A stretch of 64,000 nucleotides of DNA from Macrostomum hystrix (GCA_950097015.1 CATNEN010000001.1:20956001-21020000), one strand, 5' to 3'. Numbered from the stretch's first letter, positions 38,060 through 50,613 are shown. Program-made: numbers and translations. The notes: generated by a model not told the origin, from the sequence alone.

Positions 38060-41000
38060 TAAAATAGTAACACAAATCAGAAATGAAATATGGCACTTTC
38101 GCAGCCAAAAATTCAACACCCTATGTGAGAAAATTGCAGACCATAGTTTATACCCAAGCAACCCCAAATTCTGGAAAGACATAAAAATCATCATGGGCAC
38201 CAAAACCCAAATCACCCAATTCCCCTCTTACCTATCTTAACAAAACTGCAATCACTGATAAGGACAAAGCCAACTTGTTGGCTGAAGCCTTATCAGATAA
38301 AATGAAACCCGAACCCAGTCCAAACAACAGACTCAGAACTAAAATCGCAAAAACATATTGAAGTGAGTGGGTGTTTGCAAGCGCTGACCTGCACTCATGA
38401 AAATTAGATTCAGGGCGGGCGACAGAGTCGACTTAATGACCGCTTAGCTACACGCGAGATTTCGCAGAAAGAGAGATGAGATGAAGGGAGGTTCAGCGGA
38501 TGCAGGGAGTGGTCCTATCGGCCTCAGGCTGGCCAGTCCCACTCGTCCCATAGGCCACAGGCGTGACAGCCGTGCCTACCCCAAGCAATGCTCGAAACCG
38601 GCTAAAAGTCTAAGAAGAGGGTCGGACTGCCCGGAATCGGACAGGGCAGGGCTAACTAGTCTACTGCCATCAGTAGCATGTTCGTAACTGACTCCTAACC
38701 TTGGTAGCGGTGGTCGAAACGGCCCAGGCTCTTGTCACAGAAATGCGGAAAGGCTATTGGCAAAGCGGAAAATGATCTCAGGTAGCGCCACCACCCAATG
38801 CGCCTACGTTGCCACCGCAGACATTTGGGAACTTGGGTCCCCGGAGTACACAGCTCCTAGTTTATCACGCAGATCTAGACAAGCCGAAAAATAGGGCATT
38901 CTGCAACTTCCGTTTTAGACTGGGGTGAGAGCCCCAGAATGGATCGAGACACGCCTCAAAAGGGGATTCCTGAATTCGCGCTACAGGGGTCTAGAAAGGT
39001 GGTACTCAGAACTCGAATGAAAATCCATAGCCGGAATCCTACTCATGAAACATCAGGCACATTCTTTACATTAGACTGCAGCCTACACATTAGGTAACTA
39101 ACAAATCCGAATCTGTGTGAGATGAGGAAATCAGAGGCAGGAGAGATTAGACAGAACACTGGCTGAGTGGTTACGCAAGCGCAAGATTATTAGATCATCA
39201 CTCTCGCTCCCGTGGCGGCAGTCGCGAAAGGGGAAAAGGGGAAAACTCCATTGGAAAGGGAGTTCGAACGTACACCTTGAACCCGCCGGAGAGGAAGAAG
39301 GAAAGCCCGCCAAGGATTCCCCCGACCTCCTAGGAAGAAATGCACGTCCTACACTCCGCATTTTGCTCGCGAACCCCTAGCTCCTTATTACTCTTATGCG
39401 CGCTTACAGTTGCCTTCCTGCCGCAGCCTTCGGCTCGGCATCACCAGAACCCGCCCCCCTAGGCGATTAGCCACTCATGATAGAGGGCTGTCTAACGATA
39501 AAATAAAAGCGAAAGAGAGACATAGTAAAAGAGTTAAGTTGGTTTTAAAAGTAGCCCAATAAGTTAAAGGTGCTTTACATTAGACGGTTTATTAGGCTGA
39601 AAACTTCCCTAACTTCCCTCCCACTAAGTGCCGCCTAACTAAAAGTAAATTGTCCCTTAGGATTAACAATAACAAACCGCTGCACGGATTACTTAGCTGA
39701 ATCTCGTTTGGCCGCGTGCTGCAGTCCCGTTGTTCTCGGGGAGAAAGGATGGGCAAAACAGTAAGGCAGAGGAAGAAAACTTCTGCGAGTTGGCAGGGGC
39801 CAACACACTGGGAGCTCAGAGGCTCAATTTAGAGCTCACCTAAAGAGGTGGCTTGCGCTTAGGGAATGGGAGCAGGCAATTGGCCTGTACTATCTGCTCG
39901 GAGCTCAAGGCTCAAGGGTCTAAGCCCTACGTGGGTCCGGAATAGTGCTCTGGGTCCGGTGGGAGTCCGGCCCGGCAAGGAGATAGGTCCGGGAAAAGGA
40001 GAGGAAAGGTAGGTCTCCCGGAAAGGCTGTCCTAGGGACAGCGCAGCGCGCTTTCTTAAATAGTCCTGCAGCACGCCAACCCCGACATCCATCAAAAGCA
40101 ACCCACATTCGCGCCAGCCTGTCAACGGGGAATCGAAGCGGCGATGGCCGCCCCGATTACCCAATGAACCGACGGCGGGAAACGACAGATGTTCTGCTCG
40201 AACAGCCGTCGGCAGTCGGCCAATGATTGTTACTCCGCCAGGACAATGGGAAGCGCAGGCGCCGACCTGCCTACAGTGACATTTACGTGTATCTAAAGGA
40301 GGGAGGTCATAAAGTCGAGCTGGGCTCGAATACTGTAAAGAAGTGGGGACATGAAGAATTAATGATCACTCATAATGCCCGAGTGATTCCCAATATCTGA
40401 TCGCGGTTTGGAGGGGAATTATGACCTAAACTATTCATACAATAAAGCTGTGGCCGCGATCAGTCATTCCTACAGGGGTCTAGACAGATCCAGGGAGAGG
40501 GGATTCGACGGCTACTTAATTCACCGCCGCCCCAAAACCGGCCCTAAGATTAATGATCGTGTTTGCGGCCAGCTGCTATGAGGGTCGCAATTATTAGGTA
40601 CTTAAAAATTTGAAAAATTATGCTGGCTCACACTCCCACTCGATTCCCGCAGCACACTCCACATCAATATCACAAACCATCCAAACTTCAAGCCACTAAA
40701 CCATCTTGAAATCTCCAACATCAATGACTCCAATTATCTCACTACACCCATACAAATCGCCGATGTCACCTGGGAACTCGCCCACCTTAGGTCAGGAGGA
40801 GCCCAGGGTCCAGACAACATCCCTAATATAATACTCAAACGGGGCCTGAGCCCTACTGCAATAATTATTCTCACCAAAATCCTAGACACCTGCCTCTCCC
40901 TTGGTTACTTCCCCACCATATGGAAAAAAGCTCGTCTCACGATGCTACCCAAACCCGACAAACCCAAACATGACCCACTTAGCTACAGACCAATCAGTCT

Positions 41001-42177
41001 TACCTCTTGCCTAGGTAAGCTGTTTGAAAAAATCCTCAAGAAAAGACTCTGCAAATTTCTAGAAGAAAAAAATATTCTAGGACACAATCAATGCGCCTAA
41101 CGCGAAAAACACTGTGCATATGATAATCTCGCCAGACTAGCCCACGACATCTATGATGCCCGAAACAGAAACAGATCTACCATGGGTCTTCTTTGACATT
41201 GAAGGCGCCTTTGATAAAGTATGGCACGATGCCCTGAGGTATCGCCTACACAAAATCAGGATCCCCACACCCTTTGTCAGAATCCTATCAAACTACCTTG
41301 AAAACAGGCTAATCTCAGAAAGATTAAATAACGAATTCAGTGATGAATTCACTCCAGATGCAGGCGTCCCACAAGGTGGCGTCCTTAGCCCTGTCCTATT
41401 CCTCATCTTTGTAGCAACCATGCCTAGACCTAAAGACATTAGAGTCAGAACCAGCCAGTATGCAGATGACACTGTCATCTGGAGCCAATCAGGCAAAGCC
41501 CATCTGGCAGCCAAATTACTACAAGACTATATCAAAATCTTTCACAAATGGTTGAAAAAATACGGTATCAAAGTTAAAACACACAAAAGCAAAGCCATAG
41601 CCTTCAAACTCCTCACCACGGCTTTGGCCAACCCACTCCCATAACACTAGATAACACAATCATTCCCTACCACTCCAATGTCAAATTCCTTGGCATCCAG
41701 CTGGATACCAACCTCAACCTCAATGCCCAAATCAACAGTCGAATTAAACAATGTGAATCCCGCCTCCTACAACTATACAGGGTAGCACACTTAACAAACG
41801 CCACAAACAAATCCCTCACAAGAATTTACAGAGCCTACATTGAGAGCATAATAAGTTACGCAGCACCAATTCTGGTGTTGCTTAACAAAACCCAAATAAA
41901 CAGGCTACAAATAATCCAAAACCGAGCACTTAGAATGTGTCACGGGGCACCAAAAACATGTTGCACAAAATACTTACATAGAATCTCGAATATGGAGCCT
42001 GTGAAGACCAGACTTGAAAATCTGGCTTCTTCCTGGTTCCTAAAGGGAAAATTGAACAAAATACACGGTCTAGATATAGTACCACACATTAGCCTTCCCA
42101 TTGGCACAAACACCCCTCTCTTCACTAGGTTACACAAACTATGTCAAACCAAGGGCCTAATAAAACTTAACAACTAA
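38060..42177 (+). pseudogene. 5'-truncated, decayed Jockey-like LINE ORF2 (RT), related to 50682-62706
   Basis: YRPISLTSCLGK, FFDIEGAFDKVWH, GVPQGGVLSP, QYADD; multiple stops and frameshifts; interrupted by LTR copy B. Confidence 0.88.
38359..40666. mobile_element. Long solo LTR, copy B (2308 bp), inserted in the LINE
   Basis: TGAAGTG...CACATCA ends; 4-bp TSD ATAT (38355-38358, 40667-40670); LINE sequence resumes after it. Confidence 0.8.
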
Positions 42178-42567
42178 AAGACTAGCTGGCTCTGACTAGA
42201 ACCTCCCAAACTCAGACCCTGTAAAATATAAACCCATAATTAACCACTTCTGGCTTTGCTGAAAAAATCGGATGAAAATTAACATTGCCTGTCGCAACAC
42301 CTTAAGAACAAGAATTTAATGTAGAACTGTAATGTAAAACTTACCAGAAGCGATCAGACCGCTGTTGGGATGACATGCACTGAACAGAAAAATTATTTAA
42401 CTCTTTAATTCTTTAATTCTTAGAAGCGTAAATTTGCTAACTCTTTGTGCCCAGTCCTTGCGACGAAGATACGCTATTCAAATTAAACTAAGTCTAAGAT
42501 TCCTTAGCACTTCGAAGAATTCCTATCCCCTAAATCCCATACCCCCACGAGAGAAAACTTGTCAATC

Positions 42568-42698
42568 CTAGCCTGACTACCAGGTTGTGTCCACTGCGAA
42601 GACGCACCAGTGTTGAGGCCGGTAAAATCCTCTGAGTCTAGCGTTCCTGTCTTGGTTATTTTTCACCAATTGTGTGCCACGCTACCACAGGTACAACA
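42568..42698 (+). mobile_element. 3' part of an LTR related to 52992-53629
   Basis: CTAGCCTGACTACC...GCCACGCTACCACAGGTACAACA is shared with the Gypsy LTR. Confidence 0.8.
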
Positions 42699-42699
42699 G

Positions 42700-43415
42700 T
42701 TTCAATGGACAAACTGGTCACGCGTACCATAGAAACCCGTCAATTCCTCCACCCAGGAGTAAAAGACTTTGGGGTGCTAAAGTGTCGTTGCTGCAACAAA
42801 GCAGTTGAGACCGACATGCATGTTTTGAATGAGTGCGTCTTCACCAGACTATTCAAGTTTCGCCGGCACAATTTTATTGCGGACTACTTGGGCAAGGTCT
42901 TGGTGGAAAATGGTTGGGAAGTCTGGAGAGAAAAAACGGTGGTTAAAGACCTGGAACGGTTCAAGCCCGACCTGTTATGCAGGCGTGGCACCGACGCAGC
43001 GATCGTAGAGGTCACAATCCTCTACGAATCGAATGAGAATGTTTTACCATCACGAGAGCGGGATAAAGAAGCCAAATATGCAGGTTTGAAAGGCCCCGTT
43101 GCCAATGCGCTCGGAGTGAGAAGCGACGTGAAAGTCTATGGTAACGCGATCGGATCCCTCGGAACGATACGCGGTCCCAGCCTGAGGAAACTGGAACTGC
43201 TGGGCCTGAACGCCAGCAGAGTGGGAAATATCAGCATTGCAAATATCAGCGCTGAGAGGCTCGGCCGCCGTATGGCAGCAATTCCGCAGTTAAAGCTCAC
43301 CTGGGGGTACCGACTGTCACCCTTTATTTTTTGGCCTTTACGTCCCACTAGTGGAAACACTAGGCAAGATATGACAGATCTGTCCTCTCGACAGATATGA
43401 GCCTAGTTTAAAAAA
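42700..43415 (+). mobile_element. 3' end of an R2-clade non-LTR element: CCHC finger, restriction-like endonuclease and 3' UTR
   Basis: CRCC...ETDMHVLNEC, RHN, KPDL, IVEVT, KEAKY; short A-tract abutting 18S sequence. Confidence 0.88.
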
Positions 43416-43560
43416 TAAGGGAATTGACGGAAGTGCACCACCAGGAGTGGAGCCTGCGGCTTAAGTTGACTCAACACGCAAAAACTCACCCGGCTCGGAC
43501 ACTGTTAGGATTGACAGATTGAGAGCTGTTCCAGGGGAAGTATGGTTGCAAACCTGGAAC
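43416..43560 (+). rRNA. Two 18S rRNA fragments in permuted order (not a functional gene)
   Basis: 43416-43527 is GGAATTGACGGAAG..CACCACCAGGAGTGGAGCCTGCGGCTTAA..GGATTGACAGATTGAGAGCT. 43528-43560 is GTTCC.GGGGAAGTATGGTTGCAAA.CTG.AAC, which lies immediately upstream of the first block in native 18S. Confidence 0.9.
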
Positions 43561-45100
43561 CAAGACTGTCTCCCACGTTCGGAAGCATCCACGCGTCCAG
43601 CGGTAACGCGAAAATGTGTAGCATTCAAGAGGCGTCGCGGCTAACGCGAGCTCCAGCAATAGCCAGCCACTCCGGTTTCAACCGTGGGGGGGAGGTAACG
43701 GCCACACCGGCGAGGCACAACAAGCCACGAACTCTCCGACAGTAGAGAAAAGGCGAGTTCCGCAGGAAACCACTGTGGAGCGCTGCCGAAACCGGACTTC
43801 CGCAAGATATAGCATCACCAGCGATCCTGTGCCCTTTCTCTATCTAGGGCCTGCTCGCGTCATTTGCAGACGTCACTCAACCGCGGAATGCGCGAATGAG
43901 AAAGCGGCAAGGTACCACGCGCAGTCAATGCACAGTGGTGCTGAGCTGTTGATCAAATGCGCAAAGTGTCAAGACTTCAAAAGGCCGACCCTGAGAGCCC
44001 TAGTTTCACGTTGGGCCAAGTGCCAGATGAAGCAGCTAGGCGCGGCAAGGGAGACTGATGACACCACCGTCCAAGAGACACTAAGACGACTAACCCGTGC
44101 GCAACAGTTCAATCGAACGCAGACAGCAGTGAGACCACGCACTCGGACCACAAGTGCAAGCACTGTGAGCGTTGCTTTACAACTAAGACGGGTCTGGGGC
44201 TCCACGTGATGCGTAGCCATCCCAGTGAGCTAAACCACCTACAAGAGAAAAGAATGTTCAAGATCGAGGATGAGGAACTAATTGAAATCGCGAAAAGTGA
44301 ACTCGCGGCGCCGGCTGAGTGGGCAAGGCGGATGAATCAATATCTCGCCAGCTTTTTCCGTGCGCATACAGTCCATTGCATCGCCAACCTGCGGAAGCAG
44401 CAACGATACAAAAACACGATCTGTCAGCTGAAGAGGGACTGGAAGGCAACCCCCAGCCCGAAAGGGCGACAGGGAAGTCGCTCCAGGAGAGGAGAACCAC
44501 TGACGCCCGCTGATTCGCGAGCGGCCGGAGTAGAATACCACTCGCCACCGTCGGGAGCCCCGAGCAGCCCCAAGGAGGTGAACTGCTTGAGGCCGATGGA
44601 GCAAGTCTGACTCCACACGGCGGTGAGGCGTCAGTGCAAGTACTCAATGAGGATGACAGGGGGTCCAACGGCCGAGGGAGGCCGGACCTACCGTCAGGAT
44701 CCTGCGCGAAACCACCGGAACCCTCGGAGCCGCACGTAATCAAGCGACCAGTACTGTTGGAACCAGGAAGCTACCGCAAAGGCGGAGATTCATGCCTGGC
44801 TGGCAAGTTTGTGACTACTATGATGGACAGAGCGAAAGCAGTTGTTAAAGCCACGAAATAATACTGGAAAACCGCGATGAACAGCGCGACCCCTGGCAAG
44901 AGCTGAGCGAGGTGATTTGCCGTGAGTGGAGCACCGATGATGTTAGGGCAAAACGGACCGCACCTAAAAAAGCGGCACCGCCAGCCGGTCTGGAGCTCCC
45001 CGGAATAGCAACGATCGGAAGCGGGCGCGGTACGCAACAACTCAGTCTGCGTTGAGAAAAGACTTCGGAGGCACTGTCAAGACTATTATAGATGGTGACC
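43561..45100 (+). mobile_element. 5' portion of an R2-A-like element (three zinc fingers plus Myb-like domain), decayed and 3'-truncated
   Basis: Degenerate finger ending YHAQSMH; CAKC...WAKC; HKCKHCERCFTTKTGLGLHVMRSHP (about 44149-44223); Myb-like EELIEIAKSE...NQYL...LRKQQRYK; RKRARYATTQ...TIIDG pre-RT motif (about 45017-45097). Confidence 0.82.
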
Positions 45101-46843
45101 CTGGAGAGTCGTCAAAGAAAAGAGCGTCAAAATCAGCTGATTGCCGGCCTAGTGGCAGAGAAGACGGTGCAGTGCGACATCTACGGCGAGTGTCGCAACG
45201 ACAGAAATTTGCTGGCGAGCCACACACGCAACAACCACCCAGACGCAGCACGAGCTGCAAAGAAGCAGAAGCTGGCTGAGGCCAGAAGCAGAGTGCCGGC
45301 TAGACCAGCCGTGGCAGGGCACCCGTCGAAAGACGACGTTGAGGCACTCTGCGTTCTTGGCCAGCTCTCTCAGTGTGCGTAAGAAGCCGGCAACGGTACG
45401 TGAAATTCGGTGCTACCTGAAGCGGCTGATGCGTTCGTTCACTTGACATAGAGTCATTCACCTCACTGGTCATCGAAGACCAGCGCGACCGAATCAGTGC
45501 ATATTTGGACAATCTGTCATACTCGATGCTCAAGCAGAGCGTCTCTGCACTCGAAAAAAGTCGGCAACTTTCTGGTCACCCGAAGCTATCAGCAAGTGAT
45601 TGATGATGGGCTGCTGCAGCACTTAACATCGTACAGGCAGTCGACAAAAAATTGGACTGCTAGTTTTATGGGTCCCAAGGCGAAATATTGCGCGGACCTA
45701 ATGGACCGAAAGGAAGAGGAGCTCCTGAACGCGACAAAATTAAGGCCGTCTTCGAGATGAAGACCGCCGTACTGGAGAAGGCTAGGCGGACAAAATACCG
45801 GTGAGTTCTTATAATCTTTGAAATGTCACTTAGATTTTGAAGTGGCACCTTATCTTTGAAATGGCACTTAATCATGTGATTAAAAAATCTTGGCCTCAAC
45901 ATTGACACAGGACGGTGACATTCCTGGCCATCGGAATGTGCATTTGTTTCGGCGATGGAAACGCCAACCGGCAGGGCGTGGCCTCCGCCAGCAAAATTTG
46001 GGACGCACGCCGGTGGCTGAAGTCGCCGAATGAGCCTCTTAAAGTTAAAGAGCACAAGTCAAATGAGGGCCACGTGGGCAAGTGTAACACCGTGTGCTTA
46101 CTGAAATATTTTAAATTCGCCTCTGGTCCATCAATATCCAGCTTAATGAATATTCTTATTATCTTTACTTGTTGTCGTTGACAAAAGCCAATTGCACACG
46201 GCTATTTCTAAGAAATGAGGAGGCATAGGAAATCGACTATCTTTTCCTGATGTTGCACTCACTTTAGATCTTATGCTCTCAATCGGATTATATTTAGATG
46301 AACTTGGAATAAACAATCACAAAGATGAAAACTCACTGTAAAATTAACTGAGAGGTGTTTCCCAAACACAAATGGTTAATGGTTACTCACGGATCCTCTT
46401 GTTAGATCACAATCGGAGGAAGTATGGTCTCAAATTAAAGATTGGATAAGAATTCAAGGAATTCTAACTTCAATGAAATAAGTCTAGTTTCTGACTAAGG
46501 TGTAGTCTGAGTATTGTAGCTGGCCAGGGATAGCAATGGCTAGCAAAGAGAATGAGTGGATTATATCAACTGCGGCTGGCTTGCGTAAGAGGAATTCAGG
46601 GAGAAAAGGTTGGGGAAACACTTTCTCTCAGTGCAAGAACTTTAATATTACTTGACCAACGGCGGTCATTCGCCAGGATTTTCTAGGCGAATCCTAGGGC
46701 TCTTGCAAACGCATTTTTGCATAATAGGAAAACAGAGTATTTTTTGGTTTTTTATATAAGCGCATATAGGCGTGAATCGCATGGGTTAAATTGTAACACT
46801 TCATTGGCCCTTTTTTACAGAAGCGAAGGCCCTCCGAGCTTAA

Positions 46844-47173
46844 TGATGTGCTGAAGACTGCTGAGCAGCCTCCAGGCAATCCGTGAGTCAGGCTGTTCTA
46901 GGTCTGTGGGAAAGCTGGGGTGTAGGTAGTTTGTGGTTCCCGTGCACATTCACCTCCGCTCGCCACCCCCTTCGCTTTCTCTCTCTCGTTCCAGCTCTGT
47001 CTGCGCACTGAGTCACATTGCACACCATGGTGCAATCGCTTAAGTTCGGAAGAAGACTGGCAGAATAACGCTCAAATGCTCCTACTATAAGTAGGGCACA
47101 GTCCGACGAATCCTTGAGATGGTGTTAGTATCGTGGTAGCACTATTTCTTTATATTGATGGCACTTTTCTGTC
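46844..47173 (+). mobile_element. 5' half of an LTR related to 52992-53629
   Basis: TGATGTGCTG.AGACTGCTGAGCAGCCTCCAGGC... matches the Gypsy LTR for ~330 bp, then breaks. Confidence 0.85.
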
Positions 47174-48188
47174 TGAGATTTCTTCATGCCTTGCCGGATC
47201 CTTCCGAATTAGAGACCTAACGGTCAAGAAGAGCGGAAATATCCAGACAGAACCGCATCCAAGCCAGTGTGTCAAATTACTGGTGTGGTTTTAGGAGCCG
47301 CTCAGCTAGCTTTTTACCTCTCTAAGGGGTAAACCCTCATAGTCGACTAGGTTAGGTTAGTTCTCCTTCTCCTTGCCTCCTCTCTAAGAGGAAGCCCCTT
47401 TTTTCCTTCTCCCCTGCCTCCTCTCTAAGAGGAGGGCCTTCTCCCTTCTCCCCTTCCTGCTCCTCCTCCTCTCCCTGCTACCCTCTCTAAGAGGCTAGCC
47501 CCTGCCCCTTTCCTCTGCCCCTGTCCTCTGCTCCCTGCTACCCTCTTTAGAGGTTAGCCCCTGCTCCCGTCCCTGTTCCCGTCCTTTTTTGCTTCTCTTG
47601 TGCTTCTTTTATTTTTGCTTTATTACTTTTAGTTTTACTTTTAGTTTTATAGTTTTAAATTACTGTTTTACTATAGTTTTACTTTATTTATACTGTTTTA
47701 CTATAGTTTTACTTTATTTATACTGTTTTACTTTACTTACAGTTTTATAATTTAATTTAATTGCTCTCCTTTTATTGAATTTAACTGCGTTATACTACTT
47801 TTATCATCGTATTTGCATATTTACTACTTTTACTTAATTGCTTTATACTACTATTATCGTAATTGCATTATATCACTTTATTGAATTTAATTTGCACTTT
47901 TGATTGAATTTAATTCATTTAATTCATTTAATTCATTATTGTTTTCAGGTTTACAGGTTTTACTTTAATTTATACTACTTTTAATTGAATTTATACTACT
48001 TTTACATTTAATTGCTTAATTACTTTACAGGTTTTACTTTAATTGAATTTATACTACTTACATTTAATTGCATTACAATTTTACTATAATTTACTTACTT
48101 TACTACTCACTCTTCTCACTCATCTATCCCTCGGATCCGGCACCACACTCCACTTAGCTTAGCTGTTTATTAAATTAGTAATTAGAAA

Positions 48189-50613
48189 ATGTCGACAAAG
48201 CCAAAGAATCCAAAGGACCCCAAGCCAATCAAGCCGCCGCAGCCGCCACCAGTACAAACCAAGCGCAATCTCCGCCAATCAACCGACGCAGTCGCCCAAG
48301 CCGCAGCCACGGACAAGAAGCAGCGACGTCAGTCCGCAGCCCCAACGCCAGCCAGCAGCAACATCACCGAGGACACTGAGATGCTTTCTCCTCCCGCATC
48401 CAGTACATCCTCTCCCAACAACACCATCGTCCAAGTCCAAGTCCAAGCCCAAGTCCCAGCCCAAGTCCAAGCCCAAGACCAAGTCCCAGCCCAAGTCCAA
48501 GCCCAAGCCCAAGTCCAAGCCCAAGTCCAAGCCCAAGTCCAAGCCCAAGCCGACAAGCCAAGCCCGATCAGCAGTCCGAGCGACACCAATTCTGTATCGA
48601 CGGCGGCGAGTGCGCGCAACTCCACAGGTTCGACCTCTTCTACTTGCACTTCCACATCGTCCAAAAGCCTTGACTTGCTTGCCATCAATAGTCTTGGGTG
48701 CTACACCAAATTTCTTATTCTTGACACCTGTCCAGTCGACTTCTATCCGAACGCCTCCACCAATCTTGCCGATGACCTCCTCAAGACCATCCAGGACGAG
48801 ATTCTTCCTCTTGCCACAACGCACCGCTCTCAAGGTCGTCCGGAACCGAGACAAATTGTCTGGTACGGACCCTCTTATTCTTATTCCGGAGAAACCATCC
48901 AGGCTAACAACAACTCTCCTTAACGTCATGCAAGGAGAAACTCAGTCACTTTGCCAGCACTCCATCATCCAGGACGCCCGCGTCAAAGGCATGCGTGTAA
49001 ATCTTACCTTCCGAGTTACTTCTCCAGCCATCCAGGACATCAATGACTTCCAACAAGCTCCATCCAAGCCGTCCAATCCTCTTGACACTTCCGTCTACGA
49101 AATCGTCGAGGTTAGCGACAAGACCATCATCGAGGAAGATTCTTCTCCTTCTACTTCGCAACGACAAGGCAATTCTTCTGTCCATGACAGCCAATTTCCG
49201 GATCAGCCTCCTTCTTCTTCTCAGCCAAAAGGAAACTCCAAGGTCGCACCAGTGCTCTTTCTCCTTCCAAAATCGACTCTTGACGAGCTTAGGTTCGAGA
49301 GGTTCCTTAAGGACAACTTCCCGACAGTTCGCATCAAGTCCGTCCAACGCTGCTTCTACTCTTCTGGCTTCAAGGTCTTTGCTCTTGACTTTCAAGGTTA
49401 CCAGCATCTTACTTCTGACGAACTTAAGCATCCAACCATCGACGGCATCGAGGTAGAACGCCGCCTTCCCATCCGACGTGAGGACGCCCAGGTTAATTCC
49501 AGACGTCTTCCAGCCAACATCACGACTCCAAAAGCCTTGTCTTTCATCATCCGTCAGGTATCTCTTGCAACGGATCTTAAGGACCTTCTCTTGAGAATCC
49601 AGTCGGTCGAGCCCAACATCTCAGGCATTGTCCGGATTATCTCTTCTTCTTCCAACGAGCCAACTCAATTTGTCCGAGCCTTCACAACAGACTTAGGTAC
49701 GCAAGCCCGATGCATTTCCAAAGGCATCCACATCGGGTTCTTCCACTTCCGATGCGAAGCCAGCAGGTCACCTCCTCCACTAATGGCAACTCAGTGTGGT
49801 CACTGTCAGGCATTCGGCCACCATTCCAAACAATGTGATCGTCGACCAAGGTGCAGGGTCTGTGGGTCCGATCACCTAACGTCCGAGTGTGACAGCGTAG
49901 GCATCCCAGATTTCTACATCCGGTGCGCCAACTGCAAAGGTCCACACCAGTCCACCGACAAGGCATGTCCGGCAAGGCAGGCAGCCAACAACCGAGTCCA
50001 GGCATGGGCATCTAAAAATCTTCCTCGTCAAGTCCAACGTCCTCCTCCTCCGAGGAGTTACGCCGCAGCTCTAGCTCCTCCACAACAACGCCAGCAACGC
50101 CAAGCTATTCCTCCTCTCATGCAAATTCCAACACTGCCGAATAACGACTCCAGCGAGGACTTCCCTTCTCTTCCAAACTCTTTGGTACCAAGGCAACCTT
50201 TGGTAAACCAGGTCTCTTGCCTTCTCCAAAACGAGGCACTCGCCGCCGCCGCAGCAGCGCCGGTCGAGAACAACAACTACGAGCCGTCAAGGAACGCCCT
50301 GCTACCAACGCCGCCAAGATCTAGGCGTCCGGAACCAGTGACGACCCAGGTTCCGCCAACACCAGCAACCCCGGGCTACAGGCAGGCGCCGATTGGCCCG
50401 AAGGTCCACGCCCTGGAACTACTGCAAGCAGTCGCCTTCGCACTAGTCCACGCAGCATTCGCCAAGCCTGAGAATAAGACAGTGGCTGGACTCGTAGAGG
50501 CGTCCATCCAGCTGGTCCAATTAGCAACCGGGTGGCGGCCTCCGACCGTCTGGACGGCTCAACTATGCGATAATTTAAGTAAACTACAATCGTCTCTAGA
50601 TTCAGCTGTTTAA
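48189..50613 (+). CDS. LINE ORF1: low-complexity N-terminus, internally deleted AlkB-like domain and gag-like CCHC knuckles (frameshift at about 48920)
   Basis: PRQIVWYGPSYSYSG in the 48189 ORF; LNVMQGETQSLCQHSI...RVNLTFR in the 48610 ORF; QCGHCQAFGHHSKQC, CRVCGSDHLTSEC, CANCKGPH. Confidence 0.8.

Noticed and set aside
34803-40666. One LTR element with two LTRs
   Set aside because: Copy B has its own ATAT TSD inside a LINE, the copies are clearly diverged, and the interval has no PBS, gag or pol.
43416-43560. Functional rDNA locus
   Set aside because: Only 145 bp, permuted and mutated, with no other rDNA in the window.
48279-48929. Antisense ORFs with GL and WAWT repeats
   Set aside because: Shadows of the hexamer repeat in ORF1.
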